From Xanthomonas campestris pv. campestris str. ATCC 33913 (GTDB lineage Bacteria; Pseudomonadota; Gammaproteobacteria; Xanthomonadales; Xanthomonadaceae): a stretch of 32,000 nucleotides of DNA. The notes beneath the pieces are model-generated. The model had not been told where the DNA came from. It was given only the letters and a program-made list of their open reading frames with translations, and did not search any database. The translations under genes and the position numbers were made by a program. Positions 23,039 to 31,460 of the stretch are shown here, piece after piece (position 1 is the stretch's first letter; every line of letters starts with the position of its first letter). Location of the stretch: positions 2,366,497-2,398,496 of the forward strand of contig NC_003902.1 of NCBI RefSeq assembly GCF_000007145.1, given 5' to 3'.

Positions 23039-24541
23039 TGGTGGTCTGATTCCTGTCATGGCGCGCCGCTTAGCCGCTTCACATCAACGTCTGGCGCAGT
23101 GGACCTGCGCCGACCCAGACCGGCGCAAGAGTTTATTCACGTGTTATTGACATTTAAGTTGCTGGCGAATCCATCCCCATGGATGTCGTCGCGAACCGCA
23201 GCCGAGAGGGCTGTTTTGTAGCGCCGCCTCAATTGCCTGATGGTTTAACGGCGATGGGTGGAACTTCTAAAACAGGATTGGACAGCCAGTATTCAGAAGA
23301 AACTCTTCAATAGGATTTATTGATTCGAGCAATAGCCGAAATGGTTTAAGGCAATTCCCTACAAGCTGTACGCTTGCGTCCGTTTATTCTTTGCGGCGAA
23401 ACGGCGAGCATCCTAAATGCGATCGAAGTCGCATGGCATCAGGGAAGACGATCGTAGATGTAGGCAATTCACCTACCACGCAGCGGTAGATAACGAACTC
23501 AACCAGTAAAGACGGACGCTACTGTAGTTAGCGAACTCTAGCTTGCACACTATCGGAATAGAGCGTGGCTCTGGGCGTGCGCACATGCAGGGCTGCTCGC
23601 AGTTTATTTTCAGGAATAAACTGGCCGCACTCATGCGCATCGATCCATCGAAATTAGAGGTCGATAAGGTGCCTTGTTATATGGGTTGGTTTAAAGCATT
23701 TGGAAGACGGTTATATCGAGCTGCCCGGGGTGCGCTTGGCCGAAGACGCTGACTCACCAATTTAATCAGCGCCGTTATCCATCGCGATCTAGTGAAAATG
23801 CCTGGCGCTGACAATTCGGGAAATGTGCTCCACGCACAGGACGATCCGGTTTTTCAGCAGGATTTCTGCGGATTTCTGCGGATTTCGAGCTTGGATGCCG
23901 TACGCATGCCAACGCGCCGCAGCCTAGCAAATGAGCGTTTGAATGACGACGATTGCAGACGCCCTCGACCGTCACCATTCTCTGGCTGAGTACGCCATTT
24001 GAATAAAGCGTCCACCGACGTGTCCATCTGCGGCACGCATCGCGCGATGTAGATGCCAGGACCCGGGCTACTCAGTTTGGTTCCCGCGATGCATAGCGGC
24101 CTTTACTGGAATCCGGAGCGGCGTCTGCCTGGTGGCGTCTGCGTTACGCCGAACCAGCAGCTGCATTCGCCCAGGCAGTGATGGGCAGCAGCGCCGACAG
24201 GCCTCGGATTCCCGCTCAGCGGGGCTCTCGGCGGAGCTTCCGTCCGAACACAGGTCCGTTCAGCGCCGTTCAGCTGATTCCCGCTGCCTGAGCGGCGCGC
24301 ACCACGTGTAGACGGACGCAAGCCAGCTATCCAGCCAGGTGCAAGGTCCACGCTGTCTGCATCTCAGTGCTGCGGCAGCCAAGTGGCGGGGTGACGTCGG
24401 TTCACCAAAGGCAGCGGGCGAGGGGCGCCGCTGACGCAGGCAGGCCACATGCATGGCGATCTCGGTCATCAGCACGGCCGTCGCAGCGGATCGCGGCGTC
24501 TCAGCCGGGCCCGACCGTGTCACTGTCGCTAAGCGCGCCCG
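23039..24541. other. 1.5-kb ORF-poor, partly AT-richer region (protease promoter plus more than 1 kb of unexplained sequence)
   Basis: No ORF longer than 69 aa and none with a recognisable motif or host-like GC3. GC is visibly lower from about 23100 to 24060. Contains the recurring 8-mer TGGTTTAA (23241, 23342, 23687), 10-bp tandem repeats (23861-23886; 24257-24275) and GATTCCCGCT twice (24207-24216, 24276-24285). Confidence 0.5.
23861..23886. repeat. 10-bp tandem repeat GATTTCTGCG x2.6
   Basis: GATTTCTGCG GATTTCTGCG GATTTC read directly. The period equals one helical turn. Confidence 0.8.
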
Positions 24542-25096
24542 TTACCTGGCTGGCTGCCCGGGCAGGGCAGCCAGGATCTTCCTGCGGCAGACCTCCAGGA
24601 TCTCGTCTGCCAGTGGTGAATCGTCCGGGCAGGCGCGCGAGAGCACCACCGCGCCGATCGCGTGGGCCAACCGGTCGATGGTGTCGGCGCGCACCTGCTG
24701 CCGTTGTGCAGCGTTGCGCGCGTCGTCGGCGTTGGCCAGCGTGTCCAGCAACGTGCTGATGCCGCTGGCGAATTCGGCCTTGATGGCCTCGGGTTGCCGC
24801 GCGGCGTCGCCACAGAGCGCGGCCATGGTGCAGCCGCGTGCACGGCTATCCCGGTGCTTGCGCGAGACGTAATCGCTGAGGAATTCGGCCACATCCACCG
24901 CATCGGAGGCGGCAGCGGTCTTGGAAAAACCCAGTGCGGCGGTCTCGGCCATCAGGTCCGCCTTGGAGCGGAAGTGCTTGTAGAAGCCGCCATGGGTGAA
25001 GCCGGCCGCGGCCATCAGTTCGGCCACGCCCACGCCGTCGTAGCCGCGCTCGCGAAACAGCGCAGCCGCGGTCTCGACGATATGTGCCCGCGGCAT
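24542..25096 (-). CDS. TetR/AcrR family transcriptional regulator
   Basis: 184 aa from ATG 25096. The N-terminal HTH region is RAHIVETAAALFRERGYDGVGVAELMAAAGFTHGGFYKHFRSKADL. The 341-aa ORF in the track is an upstream high-GC extension without homology. Confidence 0.85.
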   Translation of the reverse strand: MPRAHIVETAAALFRERGYDGVGVAELMAAAGFTHGGFYKHFRSKADLMAETAALGFSKTAAASDAVDVAEFLSDYVSRKHRDSRARGCTMAALCGDAARQPEAIKAEFASGISTLLDTLANADDARNAAQRQQVRADTIDRLAHAIGAVVLSRACPDDSPLADEILEVCRRKILAALPGQPAR

Positions 25097-25136
25097 CGGC
25101 GGCTCGGGCGGCACCGCGCCGCTGACGATCGCCGCC

Positions 25137-25730
25137 ATGGCGCACGACATGATCGCGCTGATCGGCAGCCTGGGCATCGCACAGGTTGATCTGCTCGGCA
25201 CCTCGTTCGGCGGTTTCGTGGCGCAGGACATCGTGCGGCAGGCACCGCAGTGTGTGCGCAAGCTCATCCTGGCCAGCAGCGGCCCGGCCGGCGGCGCGGG
25301 GATCGACAAGGTGGGCGCAATCAGCCTGCCGCAGATTCTCAAGGGTGCGTTGACGCGCCGCGACCCAAAGTACTTCCTGTTTTCCACCGCCAGCCAGCGC
25401 GGGCGGCACGCCGCAACCGCGTTCCTGGATCGCCTCGCCGAGCGCACGCAGCACCGCGACAAACCGCTCAGCCCGCGCGCGTTCTGGCGGCAACTGCAGG
25501 CGATCAAGGCATGGGCGCGACAACCCGCGCAAGACCTCACCAACTTCACCATGCCGGTGCTCATCACCGCCGGCGATCACGACCGCCTGGTGCCGCCCGT
25601 GCACAGCGAAGCGCTGGCCAGGCGCATTCGCCACGCGCAGCTGATCGTCTACCAGGACGCCGGCCACGGCGCGGCATTCCAGTACCACGCCGCGTTCGTC
25701 GCGAGCGTGCTGGCGTTTTTGGATCGGTGA
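25137..25730 (+). pseudogene. alpha/beta-fold hydrolase, N-terminally truncated (5' part of the gene missing)
   Basis: The 197-aa ORF starts only 22 residues before the nucleophile elbow (GTSFGG). Asp (AGDHDRLVP) and His (DAGHGAAFQ) are retained. The roughly 65-75 aa that normally carry strands b1-b4 and the HG oxyanion motif are absent. There is no RBS. Only 40 bp separate it from the divergent TetR start. Confidence 0.55.
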
Positions 25731-25946
25731 TCGGCGCGCTGCGGTGGCTCGGCGCGGTCGCCACTGCAATCGCGCACGCGTTGACTGCGCGCCACGACAG
25801 GTAAAGCCGAACGGAAGGCCTTGGGCGTGCAGGTACCGATCAAGCAGCGGCACGGCGATCGCCCATCATGCGCAACACTGATGCAAGCACGATGGGCGCT
25901 GCCACCACCGCAGCGCATGCAACGCATGCAACGCACCAACTTGCGA

Positions 25947-27911
25947 TTACTCCTGCGCAGTTGGCACGTACACCAAGCCAGGGGCGTCCTTGACGAAGCT
26001 GTCCAGCACGCCGTCTGCCACCTTCACCGGGCCGGCGAAACGGGTGGCGCCGGGGATGGACTGGATGGCGGCCGCCTGTTCGGCGAGTTGCTTGGCCGCA
26101 TCGAACTGCTGGGTGGCTGCTTGCGAGTTGGCAGCGAGCGCAGCTGAGACGCCGTCGACACTGCGGCGCAATGACTGGCCCCACAACTGTGCTGCGGTGA
26201 GCCACGGGGCGGCCTCGCGGACGAAGGCCTGAGTGGTGCTGCCGGCGCGAATCTGCGCCGGCGCGGCCGCCAGTGCATCGGCGGCGCTGGCGAGTGCGTG
26301 CAGTGCCGGGGTGATCGCCGCCTGGTCGCCGCTGGCCAGCGCATCACGTGCGTCATCGACCAGTGCCTTGAGGCGCGGCGCCTGCGGTTGCCAGGGCAGG
26401 TGGCCGAAGGTCGGGGCGACGTGCTGGGTGTCGAAGAAGGTCAGCAAGGCCTGGGTCACCACCGGGTCGTTGCCGGCCAGATCGCGCGCCGCATAACGCC
26501 AGGTGCGCTGTGCGTCATAACCAACATCGTTCCAGGCGAAGGCGAGCAAGCCCGCCACCGCCGGCCGGCTGGCCACTTCCTGATTCATCGGGTTGGAGAC
26601 GATGCCGCTCAGCTCCGCCGACAGCCCTGCCTGGCGGCGGTCGTAGGGGGCGAGTAGCAGGCGCCCGGTGGTTTCGGCGAAATCGTTGACCGGGTAGTTG
26701 TCCCACAGCAGCGTCTTGCGGCCGAAGGCCTTGGTCGCGTTGCGCGCGTCGGTTACCGAGATGGAGGCGGGCACCACGTCGGTACCGGTCCATTGAATGA
26801 CCACGCGCGGATCCAGTGCCTTGTGCAGCGTGGTCTTGTACGGCGACACAGTGGCGTTGAAGTATTCGGTGGGCACCATGATCAGCGAGCCGTGGCCGGC
26901 CGCGGCGATATCTGCCTGCACGGCGTTGAGCAACTTAGCCTGCGCGGTGGCCGCGGCCTGTTCGCCAGACGGGCCGAAGGCGGCTTCGTCGGCCTTGCAG
27001 TTCCACTTGGTGTATTCGATATCGTCGAAGGCGACATAGAAACTGCGCACGCCGCGTTTGCGCAATGCGCTGAACTTGCGGCGGATGGCGTCCAGCTCGG
27101 CCGGATCGCTGTAGCAGACCGAAGGGCCCGGCGAGAGCGCGTAGACGAAGTTGATGTGCTCGCGATTGGCAACCTCCACCACCTTGCCCAGTGCCTTGAG
27201 CGTGGCCGCGGGGTAGGGCTCGCGCCAGCGCTCACGGGCGAACACGTCGTCCTTGGGGCTGTAGATATAGGTATTGGCCTTGAAGCGGGCGAGGAAGGCA
27301 AGGTGGTCCTCACGCTCGGCCATGCTCCAGGGCTTGCCGTAGAAGCCTTCGATCGAGCCGCGCACCGGCATGGCCGGCGCATCGGCGATGGCCACCGACG
27401 GCATCTGCCCGGCGGTCACCAATTGCCGAAAGGTCTGCGCCGCGTGGTACAGGCCATCGCTGTCCTTGCCGGCCAGCACGATGGTGACGCCGCTGCCGCT
27501 GGCGCGGCTGCCCAGTGCATAGGCTTCGTCACGCTCGGGCAGCGCAGCGCCGGTCTGTTCCAGTGCGCTGCGCACGCTGGCGGTCTCGCTCAGGCCCAGC
27601 ACCACCTGCACGATGCCTGGCGCGCTGGCGGGTGTGGTGGCGACACGGATCTTGCGCACACCGGCGGTGGTAAGCACCTTGCGTACCAAGGCTTCGGAGG
27701 CCGCGTCGGTGCCTTTGGGGCGCACCAGCACGACCGACGTGCCCAAGCTCAGCTCCGGCCCGAGCAAGCGCAGCGATGTTGGCGCCGGAAACACCGCCGG
27801 CGCAGTCGCCGGCGTGGCGGACTCGGCAGCAGCGGCGCCCGGGAGCACGGCAGCGGCCAGCGCTGCGGCGGTCAGCACGGCTTCAATACGAAACGATCGG
27901 CGGTGTCGCAT
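25947..27911 (-). CDS. secreted GH84-family beta-N-acetylglucosaminidase (O-GlcNAcase/NagJ-like)
   Basis: 654 aa from ATG 27911, with GGAG 8 nt upstream. Signal peptide MRHRRSFRIEAVLTAAALAAAVLPGAAAAES. The hallmark block VRGSIEGFYGKPWSMAEREDHLAFLARFKANTYIYSPKDD and the catalytic FYVAFDDIEY (DD pair) are typical of GH84. Confidence 0.9.
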   Translation of the reverse strand: MRHRRSFRIEAVLTAAALAAAVLPGAAAAESATPATAPAVFPAPTSLRLLGPELSLGTSVVLVRPKGTDAASEALVRKVLTTAGVRKIRVATTPASAPGIVQVVLGLSETASVRSALEQTGAALPERDEAYALGSRASGSGVTIVLAGKDSDGLYHAAQTFRQLVTAGQMPSVAIADAPAMPVRGSIEGFYGKPWSMAEREDHLAFLARFKANTYIYSPKDDVFARERWREPYPAATLKALGKVVEVANREHINFVYALSPGPSVCYSDPAELDAIRRKFSALRKRGVRSFYVAFDDIEYTKWNCKADEAAFGPSGEQAAATAQAKLLNAVQADIAAAGHGSLIMVPTEYFNATVSPYKTTLHKALDPRVVIQWTGTDVVPASISVTDARNATKAFGRKTLLWDNYPVNDFAETTGRLLLAPYDRRQAGLSAELSGIVSNPMNQEVASRPAVAGLLAFAWNDVGYDAQRTWRYAARDLAGNDPVVTQALLTFFDTQHVAPTFGHLPWQPQAPRLKALVDDARDALASGDQAAITPALHALASAADALAAAPAQIRAGSTTQAFVREAAPWLTAAQLWGQSLRRSVDGVSAALAANSQAATQQFDAAKQLAEQAAAIQSIPGATRFAGPVKVADGVLDSFVKDAPGLVYVPTAQE

Positions 27912-28208
27912 CAAAGATCTCCATGCCAAATTGGTATTTGATTTATCTTGGATGGTATCTACCAATGCAGGGCAAGTCGAGGCATGGCTTTAGTGGGGCG
28001 GCAACCACGCACGACCGGCGCGCGCGACGCTGCGCAGCCCTGCCGGCGCGCCCGGCCGGCCACCGCAACGCTTGGTGCGCTGGCCGGCATTAAACGATGC
28101 AGTTGACCGAATGCGGTCCTATGCTTCGCTCCCGCCCGGCGCCGTGTGCCGGTGCAGGTCCCCATGACGGGATGGGCGCGGCACGATGCTTGCCAGGGAA
28201 GAGCCACG

Positions 28209-28652
28209 ATGGTTCGCGTAAAACCGATGTTTGTCTTGCTGCAGGCCCTGGGGTGGGCGCTGTTCCTGGCGATCGCATATGTGGCCCGGCCCAGCGAAGA
28301 CAGCGTGCCGGAGTTGCTGCAGTTGGCCGGCGTGGTCGCGATGAGCATCTGCGGGCTGCTTGGCAGCCTGGCGTTGCGCCTCAGCGGCGGGCGCGGCCTG
28401 TGCAAGGCCGATCACGGTCGCGCTCAAGGTGGTGATCAACAGTGCTACCCGAACCATCATCAGATGCCTGCTACCTCAGTAGATGAGGGGCTAGACGTGC
28501 AGGGACGGGGCTCGAAGCGATCCATGACCTGCAGTCGCCGGGGCGGCCGAATGGTCGTGGTGAGGATGAGCGGAATGGGTGGGGTTGCCACTGCGCGGGG
28601 TGGCTGCACCGCCGCGGCTAGGGCTAGGGCTCGCGCACTGCACGGTCGCTGA
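28209..28652 (+). CDS. hypothetical small membrane protein (very uncertain; may be shorter or decayed)
   Basis: By my count the plus frame has very high third-position GC, about 58 of the first 65 codons after ATG 28209. It encodes two hydrophobic helices (MFVLLQALGWALFLAIAYV, LAGVVAMSICGLLGSLAL). GC3 and sequence plausibility collapse after about 28400. An overlapping minus-strand ORF (28119-28460) is an alternative. Confidence 0.25.
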   Translation: MVRVKPMFVLLQALGWALFLAIAYVARPSEDSVPELLQLAGVVAMSICGLLGSLALRLSGGRGLCKADHGRAQGGDQQCYPNHHQMPATSVDEGLDVQGRGSKRSMTCSRRGGRMVVVRMSGMGGVATARGGCTAAARARARALHGR

Positions 28653-29397
28653 CCTCGCCGTGCTCGTAGGCAGCCAGCGCGACGATTGCGCCGGCGGCAT
28701 CGGCTTCGAAGTCAAAGCGCAGGTCGCGTTCCATCGCGAAGAAGCGGGTGGTCGATTCTGGATACAAGGTGGCGACAAAGCTGCCGGCGGTGAGCCGCAG
28801 ATGGTCCCCATCGGCCACGACCACGATGCTGCCGATGCGTGCGGACCGATACTGGCCGGCGTAGCGCGCCAGCGTCGCAGCGGGGAGGGTGAGGGTGCGC
28901 GCTGGCGGCATGTACGGTGCCGGGCCATGTGAGTAGCTGAGCACGCGATGCATGCGCCATTGCCCGCCATCGGCGATCCACACGGTAGTGAAGGATGCCT
29001 GGCCATCCAGCGACTCTGGCGCGCCGGCCCGCTGCACGTAAAAGCGATGCTGGCCGGATAACAGTGCAAAGCCGCCGCTGAGCGGGTGGAACGCCAGGCT
29101 GGTGTCGATCGCTTCGCGGCGCAACCGCATGTTGGGATCGGCGCAGGGGCCTTTGCGCAACGATTCGATCAACCCGTCGCGTGTCCGGGTCAGCCCGGTT
29201 CTGTCGTGATAGAACTCCACATCTGCGCTCAACAGCTTGCCGGCGGCAGGCAGGTCGCACGCGTTATACGCCTTCCAGAAAGCGGCATCGGCGGCGCGTA
29301 CGGCCGCTTCTTCATCCTGCGTGGCGGCGGTGGCGACAGGTGCCAGGGCGACCAGCACGAAGGCCGCGAGCGTGGTCCGGACCGATCTCAGCGGCAT
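28624..29397 (-). CDS. secreted DUF4440/SnoaL-like (NTF2-fold) protein with a C-terminal DUF3471-like domain
   Basis: 257 aa. AGGAG lies 6 nt upstream of ATG 29397. Signal peptide MPLRSVRTTLAAFVLVALAPVATAA. AAVRAADAAFWKAYNACDLPAAGKLLSADVEFYHDRTG is a typical DUF4440 opening. The C-terminal L..Y.G.Y......I.V..DGD.L.L..G.....L.P.....F is typical of the beta-lactamase-associated DUF3471-type domain. Confidence 0.8.
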   Translation of the reverse strand: MPLRSVRTTLAAFVLVALAPVATAATQDEEAAVRAADAAFWKAYNACDLPAAGKLLSADVEFYHDRTGLTRTRDGLIESLRKGPCADPNMRLRREAIDTSLAFHPLSGGFALLSGQHRFYVQRAGAPESLDGQASFTTVWIADGGQWRMHRVLSYSHGPAPYMPPARTLTLPAATLARYAGQYRSARIGSIVVVADGDHLRLTAGSFVATLYPESTTRFFAMERDLRFDFEADAAGAIVALAAYEHGEVSDRAVREP

Positions 29398-29526
29398 GCG
29401 TCACTCCTGATGCGGGTGCATCGATCAGCGAGGCTAGGCCATCGCGCCTGCGCGACGCGCCGCCCGGAAGTCACCGTGCCGATCGGCGTGGGCGATGACG
29501 TTGCGCGTGTCAGTACAACGCAGGTG

Positions 29527-30798
29527 TTAGCCCTGCATCGCGCGCGGGCGTGCGTCGTCGCGGGCCAGCGCGTCTTCGTCGCCGGCATGCACGCTGTGCT
29601 GTGGCTGCGCCGGTGCGACCGGCATCTCGAAGGTAAAGGTGGTGCCGGCCAACAGGTCCGAGCTCACCGACAAGCGGCCCTCGTGCGCCTTGGCGATTTC
29701 CGCCGCGATATACAGCCCGAGCCCCAGACCTGGTTGCGGCGCGTCGTCGTCGTCGCGCGAGAACGGGCTGAACAACTTGGCGCGCTTTTCCGGCGCAATC
29801 ACGCCGCCGTTGTGCACGCTCAGGTGCAGTATGCCGGCAGCCTGCCAGGCGCGCAGGGTGACCGGAATGCTGGGCGTGCCGTGCACGGCCGCATTGCTGA
29901 GCAGGTTGGCGAACAGCTGTGACAACCGCGGCGCGTCGCAGACGATCTCGCCGCCAATGTGGATGTCGGCATGCAGGTCGGTGCGGCCGGTGGCGGAGCA
30001 GACTTCCTGCACCACCTCCAGCAGTCGACGCTCCAGCGCATCTTCCACCCGCAAGGTGACCGGAATGCCGCCACCCAGGCGGCCGCGCGCGAAGTCGAGC
30101 ACGTCATCCACCAGCCCGCCGATGCGGGTGAGGCTGGTGCGGATATGCCCAAGCAGCGACGCACCACGTGGCGATTGCGGCTCCAGCTGCAGCATTTCGG
30201 TGGCCATGCTGATCGACTGCAGCGGGCTGCGCAGATCGTGGCCCAGCACGGCGATGAACTGGTCGCGTAGCTCGCCTGCATCGTTGGCCGCAGACAGCGC
30301 CGTTGCCGCCTGCTGCAGCTTTTCTTCGGTTTCCAGCGAGTTGCCGATGAGCAGGGCGAAGAACTCCAGCGACTTCAGGATATGTGCTTCGTCGAAGTTG
30401 GCCGGTGCGGAATCGATCGCGCACAGCGTGCCGAAAAAGCCGCCATCGCGCCGGAAGATCGGCACCGACACATAGCTCTCCAGCCCGTACAACTTGGGCG
30501 TGTGGTGGTGCGCGTAGACAGGATGCTGGCTGGCATGGCTGAAGATGACCGGCTTGGGCGACAGCCGGATCTCGTGGCAGATGGTCGATTCCACTTCCAG
30601 CTGGCCGCCGGGCTTCAGGCCAAACCCCAGCGTGTCGTAGGTGGCGCAGGCCACCCAGCTGGTGTCAGTGACGCGGGCCACGGCGGTGAACCGCGAGCCG
30701 GTGATGTGGGCAACGGTTTCCAGGATCTGCGGCACGGCGGAGATTCTTTCGATCTCGGCGATGGCATTCAGCGCGGATGGAGCGGAGGAAGGGCGCAT
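29527..30798 (-). CDS. cytoplasmic GAF-domain sensor histidine kinase
   Basis: 423 aa from ATG 30798. The alternative TTG at 30888 adds 30 Arg/Pro/Ala-rich residues. N-terminal GAF domain. The H-box is LRDQFIAVLGHDLRSPLQSI. The HATPase_c G-boxes are PGLGLGLYIAAEIAKAHEGRL and GTTFTFEMP. No transmembrane segments and no adjacent response regulator. Confidence 0.85.
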   Translation of the reverse strand: MRPSSAPSALNAIAEIERISAVPQILETVAHITGSRFTAVARVTDTSWVACATYDTLGFGLKPGGQLEVESTICHEIRLSPKPVIFSHASQHPVYAHHHTPKLYGLESYVSVPIFRRDGGFFGTLCAIDSAPANFDEAHILKSLEFFALLIGNSLETEEKLQQAATALSAANDAGELRDQFIAVLGHDLRSPLQSISMATEMLQLEPQSPRGASLLGHIRTSLTRIGGLVDDVLDFARGRLGGGIPVTLRVEDALERRLLEVVQEVCSATGRTDLHADIHIGGEIVCDAPRLSQLFANLLSNAAVHGTPSIPVTLRAWQAAGILHLSVHNGGVIAPEKRAKLFSPFSRDDDDAPQPGLGLGLYIAAEIAKAHEGRLSVSSDLLAGTTFTFEMPVAPAQPQHSVHAGDEDALARDDARPRAMQG

Positions 30799-30862
30799 GG
30801 TGCGTCTCGCGGGCCGGAAGGGCGCAGAAGCGGGCTGATCAGTCCGCGCGGCGCAAAGTGGC

Positions 30863-30877
30863 GCCAGTCTAGTGCCA
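30863..30877 (-). promoter_or_regulatory. weak sigma-54-like -24/-12 element upstream of the histidine kinase gene
   Basis: The minus strand reads TGGCAC-TAGAC-TGGC, with correct GG-N10-GC spacing, a perfect -24 hexamer and TgGC at -12. It lies about 65 nt upstream of ATG 30798 and inside the TTG-30888 extension. Confidence 0.3.
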
Positions 30878-31069
30878 ATTGCCTGCAAGCTGAGCAGTGG
30901 CAGGCAAACGAACAGAGCTGCCAGATGGACGGAGCAGGCGGCGGGGCCTGCGGCCGGGGCGTTGTGATGGCCTGGACTGCATTGCTTGCATCAAGAGGAC
31001 AGAGCGATCCAGACAGTGGGTGCTGGATCACGATGCCCGGCATCGGCGGACCGCATTCGTCGCTGAGAT

Positions 31070-31106
31070 GGGGAATCGGGAATCGAGAGTGGGGAATGGG
31101 TAGGGG
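31070..31106. repeat. GGGAATC/GGGGAAT-type intergenic repeat cluster (REP-like)
   Basis: GGGGAATCGGGAATCGAGAGTGGGGAATGGGTAGGGG read directly. The same heptamer in reverse complement (GATTCCC) recurs at 24207 and 24276. From memory, similar short G/A/T-rich repeats are common in Xanthomonas intergenic regions. Confidence 0.4.
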
Positions 31107-31460
31107 CAGGAGCACAGCAGGCGACTTCGATCAGCAAGTCGGTTCGGCAGCCCAGTCTGTTCAACAACGCATGGTGGTTGCGTGCGCTTGGTGCTTTCAG
31201 ATGATGCCGATGCCGATGACGAACATGTCGAGCGCCGTCTTGTGCATCGGTGGCGTCGTTGTTCCTGTGGGCATGCACCAAGGACTATTGCCTGGCGCGT
31301 CGCGTGCGCGCACCGGCAACGCGCGTACACACATGACCAACCGCCTGACGCGTGCGATCACGCGACGACGCGCGCCGCTGCATCCGCAAACATCACAAGC
31401 CTTAGCACACCGCAGTGGCAGCATCGGCGCATTCCAAACACCGTTATAGAGGAGCCCGCC

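Noticed and set aside
23543-23752. 69-aa ORF (MHTIGIERGSGRAH...) and three other 60-67-aa ORFs in the 23.5-24.0 kb region.
   Set aside because: They have no RBS, no motif and low GC3 unlike host genes. They also overlap one another on both strands. I treated them as chance ORFs in AT-richer DNA, though a small protein cannot be excluded.
25097-25567. 341-aa version of the TetR ORF extending upstream to 25567.
   Set aside because: The extension is antisense to the hydrolase fragment and is Arg/Ala/Cys-rich with no TetR homology. The HTH begins right after Met at 25096.
28119-28460. Minus-strand 113-aa ORF with a signal-peptide-like N-terminus (MMVRVALLITTLSATVIGLAQAAPAAEA).
   Set aside because: By my count it has lower third-position GC than the overlapping plus frame, and its hydrophobic start mirrors the plus-strand helix. 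It is kept only as an alternative in the ambiguous-locus finding.
30799-30888. TTG start at 30888 for the histidine kinase, and TTG 27965 for GH84.
   Set aside because: The downstream ATGs (30798; 27911 with GGAG) give sensible N-termini: the GAF domain start and an RR-containing signal peptide. The extensions add non-homologous residues.
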